IMG/VR virus record: IMGVR_UViG_2836755666_000018
Coordinates: 10,315 to 74,314 of that record
Reading direction: 5' to 3' (one strand)
Length of the DNA stretch: 64,000 bases
Source of the DNA: a virus
Taxonomy: Duplodnaviria > Caudoviricetes
Shown here: positions 52,079 to 62,218 of the stretch, in pieces
Numbering within the stretch: position 1 is the stretch's first letter
How the letters are laid out: each line of letters starts with the position of its first letter
The notes under the pieces: model-generated
The model's database searches: none
Told to the model about the DNA's origin: nothing
Seen by the model: the letters and a program-made list of their open reading frames with translations, nothing else
Translations under genes and position numbers: made by a program

Positions 52079-52636
52079 GTGATGAAAATCAAATTAAACA
52101 ACGTACGTCTGGCTTTTCCTGATTTGTTTGAACCCTCTCAATTTAGTGGTCAGAGTGAATTTAAATACCGCGCCACTTTCCTTATCGCTAAAAGTCGTAC
52201 TGACCTGATTGAGGAAATTAAAACCGGTATCAAACGTGTGATTGGGGAAAAATGGGGCGCCAAGGATATCGAAAAAATCTATAATAACATCTGCAATAAT
52301 CCTAACCATTTTTGCTTACGCGATGGCGACAATAAAGAATACGACGGCTACGCCGGAAACCTGTATATCAGCGCCAGTAATAAATCCCGCCCATTAGTCA
52401 TTGACCGCAATACCTCACCGTTAACCGCACAGGATGGTCGCCCCTACTCAGGCTGCTACGTTAACGCCACCATTGAGTTTTATGCCTATGACAATAATGG
52501 TAAAGGCGTTTCAGCGTCATTAAGAGGCGTTCAGTTTTTCCGGGATGGTGATGCATTTAGCGGTGGAAGTGTGGCCTCCGTTGACGAATTTGACGACCTG
52601 AGCATGGCTGAGGAAGAAGAGTTATTGGCAAGTTAA
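52079..52636 (+). CDS. DUF2815 ssDNA-binding-like protein
   Basis: VRLAFP, LRDGD, YSGCYVNA, GVQFFRDG, acidic tail. Confidence 0.88.
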   Translation: MMKIKLNNVRLAFPDLFEPSQFSGQSEFKYRATFLIAKSRTDLIEEIKTGIKRVIGEKWGAKDIEKIYNNICNNPNHFCLRDGDNKEYDGYAGNLYISASNKSRPLVIDRNTSPLTAQDGRPYSGCYVNATIEFYAYDNNGKGVSASLRGVQFFRDGDAFSGGSVASVDEFDDLSMAEEEELLAS

Positions 52637-52711
52637 CACCAGGGAAACTACCGCCGCCTGAGGTGGTGAAATAATCAGGCATCGCGCTATATTCCTTGAG
52701 GAGAGTTAAAC

Positions 52712-52906
52712 ATGAAATTAGATAATATGAGTGAAACCATTGCACTTACTAATCCCAGTAACAACCACCATTATCTGCTTAACCTGGAACAACCCGTTTA
52801 CGCTGATGAGGAAACCAGAACATTAATCAATATGATCCAACTACTGGCAGAAGAAAACCAGTACCTGAGAAAAGAGAATAAACGATTGGCAAAAAGCCAT
52901 CGGTAA
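52712..52906 (+). CDS. Small hypothetical protein
   Basis: RBS GAGGAG, coiled-coil C-terminus. Confidence 0.5.
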   Translation: MKLDNMSETIALTNPSNNHHYLLNLEQPVYADEETRTLINMIQLLAEENQYLRKENKRLAKSHR

Positions 52907-52908
52907 AA

Positions 52909-52984
52909 TGGTGGGCTATGCAGGACTCGAACCTGCGACCGATGGATTAAGAGTCCACTGCTCTACCCACTGAGCTAATAACCC
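52909..52984 (-). tRNA. tRNA-Lys(CTT)
   Basis: 76 nt GGGTTATTAGCTCAGTGGGTAGAGCAGTGGACTCTTAATCCATCGGTCGCAGGTTCGAGTCCTGCATAGCCCACCA; cloverleaf and CCA end. Confidence 0.93.
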
Positions 52985-52994
52985 ATGATAGTAA

Positions 52995-53339
52995 CTATAG
53001 TGCTGGCATCAAAAACGCTTTTACCACCAGAGAGAGGATACCTAAAATACCCGCGCCTAACATCCAGCGCATTAACTTTTGCTCAGCGCGAATGCCTGAC
53101 ATTTCCAGTTGTAAGTCTTTGCGAACTAGTGATATCTGTGAGTCTATTTTGGCATCAAGCTTATCGAATCTTGTATCTATTTCTTTACGAACATCCTCTA
53201 AATCTCTTTTGGTCGCTACATCAGCAACCTCATGTGACTTACGTACAGCAATAGAAATTGCTTTTGCTTGCTCTTTTGGCAAACCTGCATTCTCTAGTGT
53301 TTCGACAAACTCTTGTGTATCAAATGCAACTTGACCCAT
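52995..53339 (-). CDS. DUF1640/CCDC90-like coiled-coil membrane protein
   Basis: FDTQEFVETLENAG...QAKAI...VATKRDL, C-terminal TM. Confidence 0.85.
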   Translation of the reverse strand: MGQVAFDTQEFVETLENAGLPKEQAKAISIAVRKSHEVADVATKRDLEDVRKEIDTRFDKLDAKIDSQISLVRKDLQLEMSGIRAEQKLMRWMLGAGILGILSLVVKAFLMPAL

Positions 53340-53419
53340 AGGGAATCCTCCTTTTTGGTAAGTATAACCTAACGATATCCATTGACGAAAGAAGAAATCA
53401 TGCGCTATATTCTATATCA

Positions 53420-53620
53420 GGTGCTGAACACACCTTTTGATATAGCGGATACCGCTCCCGAAAGTAATGCGGTTTTTTTACGTCCATAGATTGTTATGGT
53501 CGGGTAGCGAACAGTATATACAACACCCTATTGGGGAAAACTGTTGGCCGTCTATATCCGGTGTTCAAGTACCCGACCGCCCATCCGAACAATGGGTGAT
53601 ATTGAACAATTGATATAGGA
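53420..53620 (+). ncRNA. C4/CI-like antisense RNA cassette upstream of Bro-N gene
   Basis: Targets TGAACA/GATATAG at 53425-53445 and 53602-53618; complements CTATATC/TGTTCAA at 53552-53568 inside stem GGTCGGGTA/TACCCGACC. Confidence 0.7.
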
Positions 53621-53627
53621 TGTAAAA

Positions 53628-54386
53628 ATGAATACTCAACTCAGATCATTTTATTTTAACAATATCTACGATGTGCGTGTTCAGATTATTAATTCTGAAC
53701 CATGGTTCTGCCTTAATGATGTTTGTAAAGCTTTGACAGTCATAAACTCAAGTGATTTGCTTTCAAAACAGTTAGATAAAGCTGGGGTAGAAAAAATCTA
53801 CCTTAGGTCAGATGGGCAGAGACGGCAATTTGCTTTTGTAAACGAACCTAATCTTTATCGTGTTATTTTCCGTAGCAATAAGCTGGAAGCAAAACAATTT
53901 CAGGATTGGGTGTTTAATGAAGTCCTTCCATCAATCCGCAAAACTGGCAAATATGAGCATCCTCAACCCCATCCAAAAGCCTCAGAGCGTTTTAGCCATT
54001 CAGACACCCGTAACCTGACACATTTAGTCTGGTGTATGACAAATGGTTTTCGATTTGAGCGTTCGTGGAGTAATGCGGTGTGGCTGGCGTTGCGCGAAGT
54101 AACTGGCACAGCATCACCAGAGCGTTTTCAGGTAGCGCATATCCCGTTAATGGCTGATGAGTGTCGCCGTATTTATTATATTACCGAGTCACTGCACCAA
54201 ATTATCAACGACGCAGAAAAACAGGTTATCAAACGACTTTTACGTAAGCGTGAGAATATCGATACCGTTTTAGCGGAAATAAAACAGCTTTTTGAGCAAT
54301 TCCACCATCAACAAATCGGGATAATCACTGCACGCACCGATCAGTGGTACGAAGGTGAGTTGACCCATTTCTTAGAACGCCACTAA
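53628..54386 (+). CDS. Bro-N domain antirepressor-like protein
   Basis: EPWFCLNDVC, VNEPNLYRVIFRS, FQDWVFNEVLPSIRKTGKY. Confidence 0.9.
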   Translation: MNTQLRSFYFNNIYDVRVQIINSEPWFCLNDVCKALTVINSSDLLSKQLDKAGVEKIYLRSDGQRRQFAFVNEPNLYRVIFRSNKLEAKQFQDWVFNEVLPSIRKTGKYEHPQPHPKASERFSHSDTRNLTHLVWCMTNGFRFERSWSNAVWLALREVTGTASPERFQVAHIPLMADECRRIYYITESLHQIINDAEKQVIKRLLRKRENIDTVLAEIKQLFEQFHHQQIGIITARTDQWYEGELTHFLERH

Positions 54387-54451
54387 TTAATCTTAACGCC
54401 CCTTTTTATAGGGGCAATCTTTCATCAATTTCATTATTGAGGAATTTTTAC

Positions 54452-55153
54452 ATGCAAAATTTAATGAACACACAAAATGTCACTCTGTCCGGCGGTGAAA
54501 AAATTGACTCACAACAATTACTGAGCATGGTTAACGAAACACGAAAAGAACACGGCGAACCGCCGATCAGGAATAATAAATTTATTGAAAAAATTAAGGA
54601 TGAGCTTGAAGGAGAGTACTACACAAAAAGTGTAGTGCAAAAAATGAACAACACAGAATCAGAAGTTATCGAAATGACGCTTAAACAAGCACTTCGTGTT
54701 GCCGCGCGTGAATCGAAAGCCGTTCGCCGCTCACTGATTGATAAATTGGAGCAGCAAAGTAAACCACAAAGCGCCAATGAAATTATTGCAGCAATGGCAT
54801 TAGCGAACGTTGCACAGGAGCGTCGGTTAAAGAGTATCGAGCATCAGGTAGAGCAAGTCTCAGAAGAAATCGAACACATCAAACAAGGCACGATACCCAC
54901 TGGTTTCCAAGGCTACAACTATTTGAAAACAAAATATGGCTTAAGCGATGCGAAATGTCGGCAGTTAGTAATGGCTTGGAATGTACCTTACAAAAAAGTG
55001 CCCCATGTAGCGCCAGGTGGCCAAATTACGCAAATGTCGGTGGTTGATGAAGCGGCATTTAAAAACGCGTTGGATAAGATGATGCTTGAGTCTGAGAAAC
55101 GCGGCAGTCAGTGGTATCACCCTAAAATGGGGCGTTTTTCCGTTACCGCCTGA
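54452..55153 (+). CDS. Phage antirepressor-like DNA-binding protein
   Basis: IDSQQLLSMVNETR...RVAARESKAVRRSL. Confidence 0.7.
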   Translation: MQNLMNTQNVTLSGGEKIDSQQLLSMVNETRKEHGEPPIRNNKFIEKIKDELEGEYYTKSVVQKMNNTESEVIEMTLKQALRVAARESKAVRRSLIDKLEQQSKPQSANEIIAAMALANVAQERRLKSIEHQVEQVSEEIEHIKQGTIPTGFQGYNYLKTKYGLSDAKCRQLVMAWNVPYKKVPHVAPGGQITQMSVVDEAAFKNALDKMMLESEKRGSQWYHPKMGRFSVTA

Positions 55154-55165
55154 TAAGGATAGATT

Positions 55166-57230
55166 ATGCAAAATTTACTATTTTGCGATTTAGAAACCTA
55201 CAGCGATATTCCGATTAATTGTGGCACACATCGCTATGCTGAAAATGCAGAAATATTACTTTTTGCGTATGCGTACAATCATGAACCCGTAAAGGTTTGG
55301 GATGTGACTGAAGATAAAACGATGCCAAAGGATTTAAAAGCCTACCTCGATGACCCTGAAATTTTAACCGTTTGGCATAATGGGGGGATGTTTGATACGG
55401 TGATTTTAAGCAAAGTGTTAAATATCGACTTACCCTTATCCCGCGTTCACGATACGCTGGTGCAAGCACTGGCACATTGCTTACCTGGCGCACTGGGTTC
55501 GCTTTGCGATATCTTCAACGTCAATAGCGATAAAGCCAAAGATAAAGAAGGTAAAGCGCTCATACAGCTATTTTGCAAACCGCGCCCTAAAAACAGCAAA
55601 ATACAACGCGCCACGGTGTTAACACATTTCGAAGAATGGCAACGTTTTAAGCAATACGCAGGTTCTGATATTTTAGCCATGCGTGAGATTTATCAGCATT
55701 TACCGCGTTGGAATATGAGTGTGGACGAAACCCAATTATGGCAGTTAGACCAAAAGATTAATCGCCGTGGAATGGGTATGGACGTTGAGTTGGCCAAAAG
55801 CGCCTTAACCGCCGTTGAAAACGAGCAAAAGCGGTTATCAGCCGTCACCCGGCAATTAACGGATAACACCGTACAGTCCGCAACCCAACGTGATGCACTA
55901 TTACAGCATATTGCCTCGGCATTTGGCATCACGTTACCGGATATGCAAGCCAGCACGCTACAGCGACGCGTTAATGACCCTGATATTCCACGGGCTTTAC
56001 GTGAACTGCTGTCAGTCCGTCTGCAATCGTGCACAACCAGCACCAGTAAATATAAAGCGCTGTTGAAATCGGTGAGTGTAGATGGACGACTTCGAGGAAC
56101 CAAACAGTTTTGTGGCGCTTCACGTACTGGACGATGGGCGGGGCGGATTTTTTCAACCGGATAATCTCCCCAGACCCACGCTTGACCAAAAAACCATTGA
56201 TGAGGGGGTTGAAGCGTTAAAAGCGGGTTGCGCCGAGCTGATTTGCGATGACATTATGCAACTGACCAGTTCTGCGCTTAGAGGATGTATTATTGCCCCG
56301 CAGGGTAAGAAGCTGGTTATTTCCGATTTATCCAATATTGAAGGTCGCATGTTGGCATGGCTGGCGGGCGAAAACTGGAAAGTCAAAGCTTTTAGCGAGT
56401 TCGATAACGGCAAAGGCGATGACCTCTATAAACTCGCCTATGCGCGCGCGTTTAATCTATTACCTAAAAACGTCACTAAAGCTCAACGACAAATCGGTAA
56501 GGTGATGGAGCTTGGATTAGGCTATGGCGGTGGGGTTGCGGCATTTTTGACATTTGCCCTCGCCTATGGCCTTGACTTAGCGGAACTGGCGGAAGCGGCA
56601 TTACCTAACATCCCGCCTGACGTTAAACGAGAGGCGATACGCTGGTATCAAAAATCTGTTGAAACAGATAAAACTTATGGCCTGAGCGAAAAAGTCTTTG
56701 TTACCTGCGATGCCCTTAAGCGCATGTGGCGCAATGCCCATCCACAAACCGTATCATTCTGGTACGATATTGAAGACGCCGTAAAAAAGGCCATTCAATC
56801 ACCTGAGATACCGTTTAAGTGCCGTAAACTTAACGTCCGGCGAAATAAAGGTTGGCTTAGGATTTGTCTACCATCAGGACGGAGTCTTTGTTACCCTTCT
56901 GCGCGAATAGAGAATGGACAGATTACCTACATGGGGACTAACCCCTACAGCCGTAAATGGGAAAGGCTAAAAACCTACGGGGGGAAAATTACAGAAAATA
57001 TCTGTCAGGCCGCTGCACGCGATGTATTAGCCTATAACATGCCGCCTATTGAAAAGGCGGGTTATGAGATTGTCCTAACCGTCCACGATGAGATTATCAG
57101 CGAAGCGCCCGATACCCCACAATTTTCCGCTGAGGGGTTAAGCGCACTGTTAAGTGCCAAGCCTGACTGGGCTTTTGATTTACCGCTTAGTGCAGCGGGG
57201 TTTGAGACTTATCGCTATCGCAAGGAATAA
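55166..57230 (+). CDS. Phage DNA polymerase family A (APSE-like), one frameshift at a T-run near 56150
   Basis: DLETYS exonuclease, [41 protein letters not shown]. Confidence 0.9.
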
Positions 57231-57318
57231 ATAATACACAGGATAAAATAAACATCATGGCCTTTAGAAAAAACGACAGCCCCCTTTATTGTAATGGTCA
57301 ACAAATTCTGTAGAAGAT

Positions 57319-58167
57319 CTAAGCGGCATTTTTTAGTTCATGATATTTTTGATGTGGCGTTAAATAACCAATCGTTGAATGGCGTCGATAATAATTGTAA
57401 AACTGAATATAATTTTCAACTTCACAGACAACAGATTGATGATTCATAAACGATAAACGGTTAAGTCTTTCTGTCTTTAAACTCCTAAAAAATCTTTCCA
57501 TCACGGCATTATCGAGGCAATTACCTCGCCGACTCATGCTTTGAGTTATTTTCCGTTCAAAGAGGTGCGCCCTAAACTCCTCCGATGAATATTGGCAACC
57601 TTGATCTGAATGGAACATCAAACTTGTCGTATCCGGTAATTGCCGTTCAATTGCGTTATCTAAGGCTTCTTTCACTAATTTCGAATCCGGTTTTGTTGAT
57701 AAGGCATAACCAATAATTTCTTTGGTGGCTAAATCCAACACACAGGCTAAATAGCTCCACCCATAGTGATGTCTAATATACGTGATATCCCCGACATAAT
57801 AGTGATTATGCTGTTCAGGGGAAAATTGTCGTTTAAGCAAATTAGGGGCATATCGATGTTCGTTACCCAATGAGTGATAGTAGTGCTTTTTCGTTGGTCT
57901 AATTGCAACTAATTGATTTAATTTCATGATGTTCGATATTTTATAAGTGCCAATTTGGTGCCCTAAACCCTTTAACTCGGCTTGAATACGTCTTTTGCCA
58001 TAAATTTGACCCGATGTATAAAAAATACGTTTGATTTCGCCACACAGTCTTTCATTTTCAACTGTCGGTATTTTCGTTTCATAATAAAAACTACTGCTGC
58101 TTACTTCAAAAAGATGGCATAACTCAGTGACCGTAAAATTGGGGTACATGATTTTCAGTTGCTTCAC
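57319..58167 (-). CDS. IS3 transposase OrfB
   Basis: YGKRRI, GDITY, HSDQGCQY, DNAVMERFF. Confidence 0.93.
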   Translation of the reverse strand: MKQLKIMYPNFTVTELCHLFEVSSSSFYYETKIPTVENERLCGEIKRIFYTSGQIYGKRRIQAELKGLGHQIGTYKISNIMKLNQLVAIRPTKKHYYHSLGNEHRYAPNLLKRQFSPEQHNHYYVGDITYIRHHYGWSYLACVLDLATKEIIGYALSTKPDSKLVKEALDNAIERQLPDTTSLMFHSDQGCQYSSEEFRAHLFERKITQSMSRRGNCLDNAVMERFFRSLKTERLNRLSFMNHQSVVCEVENYIQFYNYYRRHSTIGYLTPHQKYHELKNAA

Positions 58168-58478
58168 GATTTTGAGTTTTGATTGTCGAGGATGAAGTAA
58201 GCCGCGGCTTTTTTTAATATGTCATTATCCCTCTGAGCACGCTTAAGTTGAACTTCTAATTCTTGTATGCGCTGTTGCTCGGGTGTTAACGCTTTTGATT
58301 TTACAGGCGTATTCCCATTTAACTCGGCAAGATATTGTTGCTTCCATCGTGATACGGCAGATTTACCCGCACCGGATATTTTTTCAACTTGGATATTGCT
58401 ATATCCACCTTCAACCATGAGTTTTGCATATTCCAGTTTTTGCTTTCCGCTAAAGGTTACTTTTACTTTTCGGGTCAT
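58164..58478 (-). CDS. IS3 transposase OrfA
   Basis: HTH, ILKKAAAYF with A AAA AAG shift motif. Confidence 0.9.
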   Translation of the reverse strand: MTRKVKVTFSGKQKLEYAKLMVEGGYSNIQVEKISGAGKSAVSRWKQQYLAELNGNTPVKSKALTPEQQRIQELEVQLKRAQRDNDILKKAAAYFILDNQNSKS

Positions 58479-58728
58479 ATTTATACCTATAAGATTTTGC
58501 TTAATTATAAGCTATAAATCTCTACAGTTTTATTAGACCACTACATTATTTTAAGGCTGCACAGGACGCGGTACACCTTGAGCAGTCAGGGCAATACCAT
58601 GAAGCAGCGCGCGCATGGGCACAGGCAAACCGATTGGCGCGCAATCGCAATAACCGTATCTGGAGTGAGAACCGCGCCGATTTTTGCATTATGCAAATAA
58701 AACGGGAAGACATAAAAAGGAAGTATCC

Positions 58729-59010
58729 ATGCGGTTAATTAGGGAAGAGAGTATCGAAAAACATTTGGTGCGTGAAGTGCAAAAAATCGGTGGCATTGCC
58801 TATAAATTTGTTTCGCCTGGGCGACGAGGCGTACCTGACCGATTAGTCGCCCTGCCCAATGGCAACATTATTTTTGTGGAATGTAAAGCCCCAGGCGAAA
58901 AACCTACCCCCTACCAATTACGCGAACACGCACGGCTTTTTGCCCTAGGCCATCAGGTCATCGTACTGGACAGTCAGGATTTAAGCAGCATCTTACCTGT
59001 TGTGGATTGA
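58729..59010 (+). CDS. VRR-NUC domain protein
   Basis: EESIEKHL...KFVSPGRRGVPDRL...FVECKAPG. Confidence 0.9.
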   Translation: MRLIREESIEKHLVREVQKIGGIAYKFVSPGRRGVPDRLVALPNGNIIFVECKAPGEKPTPYQLREHARLFALGHQVIVLDSQDLSSILPVVD

Positions 59011-59098
59011 TACCTTAAAAACAATTTATTTCTTGTAGAATCCACATATTTTTATTATTTTTTAGTTAATTATTTTTGCATAAGGAGAGCAGTTACAC

Positions 59099-59984
59099 AT
59101 GCAGCTTAATTTCAGTTCGTTAGATTCTTTTGATCATGTCATATCTCCTTTTGAAGAAATGGCAGCTTATGAAGCTTTGTGGTCTGAAAATGGAGCTACA
59201 TTCAGGTCTATTGCAGACAGATTTAGAAAATATCCTGATACCATTCCATCAAGAATGGTTACTGAGAATGTAAGAAAAGAATTTAAGGAGATCTTAAAAG
59301 ATATTTTTGACCGATTTCAGGTTAAGCATTTTGGAATTAGAATACATGGAGCTAATGAATATCCCGAGAAATTAAGGGATGCTAAACATCCGATAGAAGT
59401 TTTTTATTATCAGGGATGGTGGGATCTAATAAATACTCGCAGCGTTGCAGTTGTTGGCTCTCGTAGGGTATCTGAAGAAGGTAAGAAAAGAACAAGAAAG
59501 CTTGTTAAATGCCTTATAGAAGATAATTTTACCATAGTTTCCGGTCTTGCTGAAGGTGTTGATACTGAGGCTCATAGAACAGCATTGGATGCTGGAGGGA
59601 ATACTATAGCAGTTATTGGCACGCCGTTATCACATTTTTTATCCAAAACAGAATATTGAGTTACAACAACGGATTAGAGAAAATTATTTATTGATCAGTC
59701 AGGTACCGTTCAAACGTTATCTAGATCAAGATTATCGTACTAATAGATTATTTTTTCCTGAGCGCAATGCTACTATGTCTGCTTTATCGGAAGCGACAAT
59801 TATTGTAGAAGCATCCGATACGTCAGGAACTTTGACTCAAGCCAGAGCAGCTTTGGATCAGGGTAGAAAATTATTTATACTGGATAGCTGTTTCAAAAAT
59901 AGTACAATATCTTGGCCTGAAAAATATGAAGCTCGTGGTGCAATTAGAGTTAAGAACTACCAAGATATTAAGGATAATCTGTGA
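59099..59984 (+). CDS. DprA/SLOG-family protein (ShosA-like), frameshift at T-run 59635-59640
   Basis: YPEKLR, VAVVGSR, IVSGLAEGVDTEAH, FPERNATMSALS, IVEASDTSGTL. Confidence 0.85.
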
Positions 59985-60625
59985 CATTTCTATTACAAAA
60001 GATAGATGAGCTTACTCTTGGTCATCATTTTCATTTAACTGAAGATGATATCTGTCTTTATTTTGGAGAGTATACAGCGGAAAAAGGATTTGCTTTCAGT
60101 AATACTAACAATTTGATTCTTAATTTAAAAAAGGATGTTTTAAAAAAAGATAAACCTGAATATAAATACAAGAAAAGAGCGATTAAACAAATAGCTTCTT
60201 TTTTATCTGAATATCGTGATTATTTGCTTAAATGTACAGTTGTACCTGTCCCACCATCTAGATGTAAATTAGATCCCAAATATGATGATAGATTAATTAA
60301 CATCCTTGATGAATGTAAAAAAATAAATTCCACTGTTGACTTTAGAGAGCTAATAACACAAAGAGAAACCTTAACAGCATCACATAATTCTTCAAATAGA
60401 CCATCTTGTGAAGAATTAGCAAATAATTATGAATTCCATGGCTCTTTAGCCAATGATATTAGATCTACTATAATTATTTTTGATGATATTTTAACCGCTG
60501 GTAGTCACTATAAGGCGATGAAAACCGTTATTAAGCAACATATTCCAGATGTTCAAATAATAGGGCTTTTTATCGCAAGAACGGTTAGAAATATTATTGA
60601 TGATTTTGATGTTATAGATTTTTAA
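59981..60625 (+). CDS. Phosphoribosyltransferase-fold protein (ShosT-like)
   Basis: VVPVPPS and PRPP-binding IIIFDDILTAGSH; GTGA overlap with dprA. Confidence 0.8.
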   Translation: MTFLLQKIDELTLGHHFHLTEDDICLYFGEYTAEKGFAFSNTNNLILNLKKDVLKKDKPEYKYKKRAIKQIASFLSEYRDYLLKCTVVPVPPSRCKLDPKYDDRLINILDECKKINSTVDFRELITQRETLTASHNSSNRPSCEELANNYEFHGSLANDIRSTIIIFDDILTAGSHYKAMKTVIKQHIPDVQIIGLFIARTVRNIIDDFDVIDF

Positions 60626-60671
60626 TCAAATTTTATATTCAACGCCGATTTTCCCCTGAAGTTTTTTTTGT

Positions 60672-60880
60672 ATCGATACCATGTTAGCGGAGATCAAACA
60701 GCTTTTTGAACATTTCCACCATCAACAAATCGGAATAATCACCGCACGCACCGATCACTGGTACGAAGGTGAATTGACCCATTTCTTAGAACGCCACTAA
60801 TTAATCTTAACGCCCCTTTTTATAGGGGCAATTTTTCATCAATTTAACTATTGAGGAATTTTTATATGCAAGATTTAACC
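60672..60880 (+). repeat. About 200 bp direct repeat of 54257-54463 (Bro-N 3' end, terminator-like hairpin, RBS)
   Basis: Near-identical ...GAAGGTGA.TTGACCCATTTCTTAGAACGCCACTAATTAATCTTAACGCCC... Confidence 0.85.
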
Positions 60881-61351
60881 GATGAGCAAATTATTGAGAA
60901 ATTGAAAAATATCGCCCCTGATTGCCCTAAATGGTTACTCGAGACTGAGCGCTTTAATAAAAATAAAAAACTCACAAAAACAGAACAAATGGAATTTGCA
61001 GAATATATGGTGAAAACAAAGCGAAGTATCTTTGCTTCCCGTTACCTTCTTTCTTGTTATGAACGCTTTGGTTTTAGTTCAAATGGTAACTACTTGTTCA
61101 CATATCACAATGTTTCGATCGAATTAGACAGAGAGGTTATTGAAAACCTACTTGCCCATCAAATTGAAAATCCAATCATGCAAGAAAAGCCAGGTGAAGG
61201 ATTTTTACCCGTCTGGTTTTTTTACAATGCTAACGATGCAAAAGAACAACAACAAGCAGATGAAAAATGGATACAAAACTTTATCGATGAAGTGATTATC
61301 GACGGTCTTAAGCTCTTTGTAACTCAACCTACATCATACACAACTCACTAG
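60866..61351 (+). CDS. Hypothetical protein
   Basis: RBS GAGG, about 161 aa. Confidence 0.7.
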   Translation: MQDLTDEQIIEKLKNIAPDCPKWLLETERFNKNKKLTKTEQMEFAEYMVKTKRSIFASRYLLSCYERFGFSSNGNYLFTYHNVSIELDREVIENLLAHQIENPIMQEKPGEGFLPVWFFYNANDAKEQQQADEKWIQNFIDEVIIDGLKLFVTQPTSYTTH

Positions 61352-61363
61352 AGGACAATCACG

Positions 61364-62218
61364 ATGAAAACTGAATTAATTACTATCGATTCAAATCAAT
61401 TACCCGTTATTGAGTGGCAAAATGTTCGTGTTGTGACGACTGAAACTCTCGCTTCTGGTTATGGCACTGAAGCCTCAAATATCAGAATGAATTTATCTAA
61501 TAATAAATCTCGTTTTATTGAAGGTATTCACTATTTCAATGTTACGGGGGAAGCGCTAGCACATTTGCGAGTAAATAATATTTACGCACAAATTTCGAAC
61601 AAAGCACGGGCTATTACCTTATATACAGAAAAAGGCGCAGCTCGCATGTCAAAAATTGTTGATACCGATGAAGCCTGGTCTTTCTTTGAAAAAATGGAAT
61701 CTGCTTACTTTAATCAAAAATTACTACCGAATGACCCAACAACTTTAGGCTTACCTAATTTCCTTGACCCTACTGAATCAGCAATCGCATGGGCTGCTCA
61801 GCATAAAAAAGTTCAATTATTAGGTGTACAGGTTCAACAACTTGAAACCGAAAACGATTGTCTTAAAAATCTCTTCAAAGAAGGTATGACCCCTACCCAA
61901 TTTAGCAAAATGCTTAACGGGGTAAACAGTCAGCAGATAAATCATTTTCTGGCAGGACTTAAATGGCTCTATAACGAAAGTAAGTCCGGTAACAATTTAC
62001 GCTGGCGTGTTGCCGCTACCGCTCGGGATAAATATTTAACCGAAAAGCAAAACGAAATAAGCCCTCATGGTGCGAATAGTTTCATTAGCTATCGCCCTGT
62101 TTTGCTGAGAAAGGGGGCACAGCGACTTTATGACCAGTATCTGGCTGACAAACTCCCCATGAAAAAGAACTGGAACGGATTACATACCCATGACAAAACT
62201 ATCCAGATTGTCGCCTGA
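61364..62218 (+). CDS. ORF6N + KilAC antirepressor-like protein
   Basis: RVVTTETLASGYG, NKSRFIEGIHYF, YTEKGAARMSK, GMTPTQFSKMLNG. Confidence 0.85.
   Translation: MKTELITIDSNQLPVIEWQNVRVVTTETLASGYGTEASNIRMNLSNNKSRFIEGIHYFNVTGEALAHLRVNNIYAQISNKARAITLYTEKGAARMSKIVDTDEAWSFFEKMESAYFNQKLLPNDPTTLGLPNFLDPTESAIAWAAQHKKVQLLGVQVQQLETENDCLKNLFKEGMTPTQFSKMLNGVNSQQINHFLAGLKWLYNESKSGNNLRWRVAATARDKYLTEKQNEISPHGANSFISYRPVLLRKGAQRLYDQYLADKLPMKKNWNGLHTHDKTIQIVA

Larger units (their letters stand above)
57290..58545 (-). mobile_element. IS3 family insertion sequence
   Basis: IRs TGTAATGGTC / TGTAGTGGTC, 4-bp target duplication TTAT, orfA/orfB. Confidence 0.93.
57257..58738 (+). pseudogene. ANR-family (Aar-like) regulator interrupted by IS3
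   Basis: Reconstitutes MAFRKNDSPLYFKAAQDAVHLEQSGQYHEAARAWAQANRLARNRNNRIWSENRADFC. Confidence 0.75.

Noticed and set aside
56140-56160. Programmed frameshift or intein in the DNA polymerase
   Set aside because: A single extra T in a run matches the window-wide homopolymer error pattern; no intein motifs
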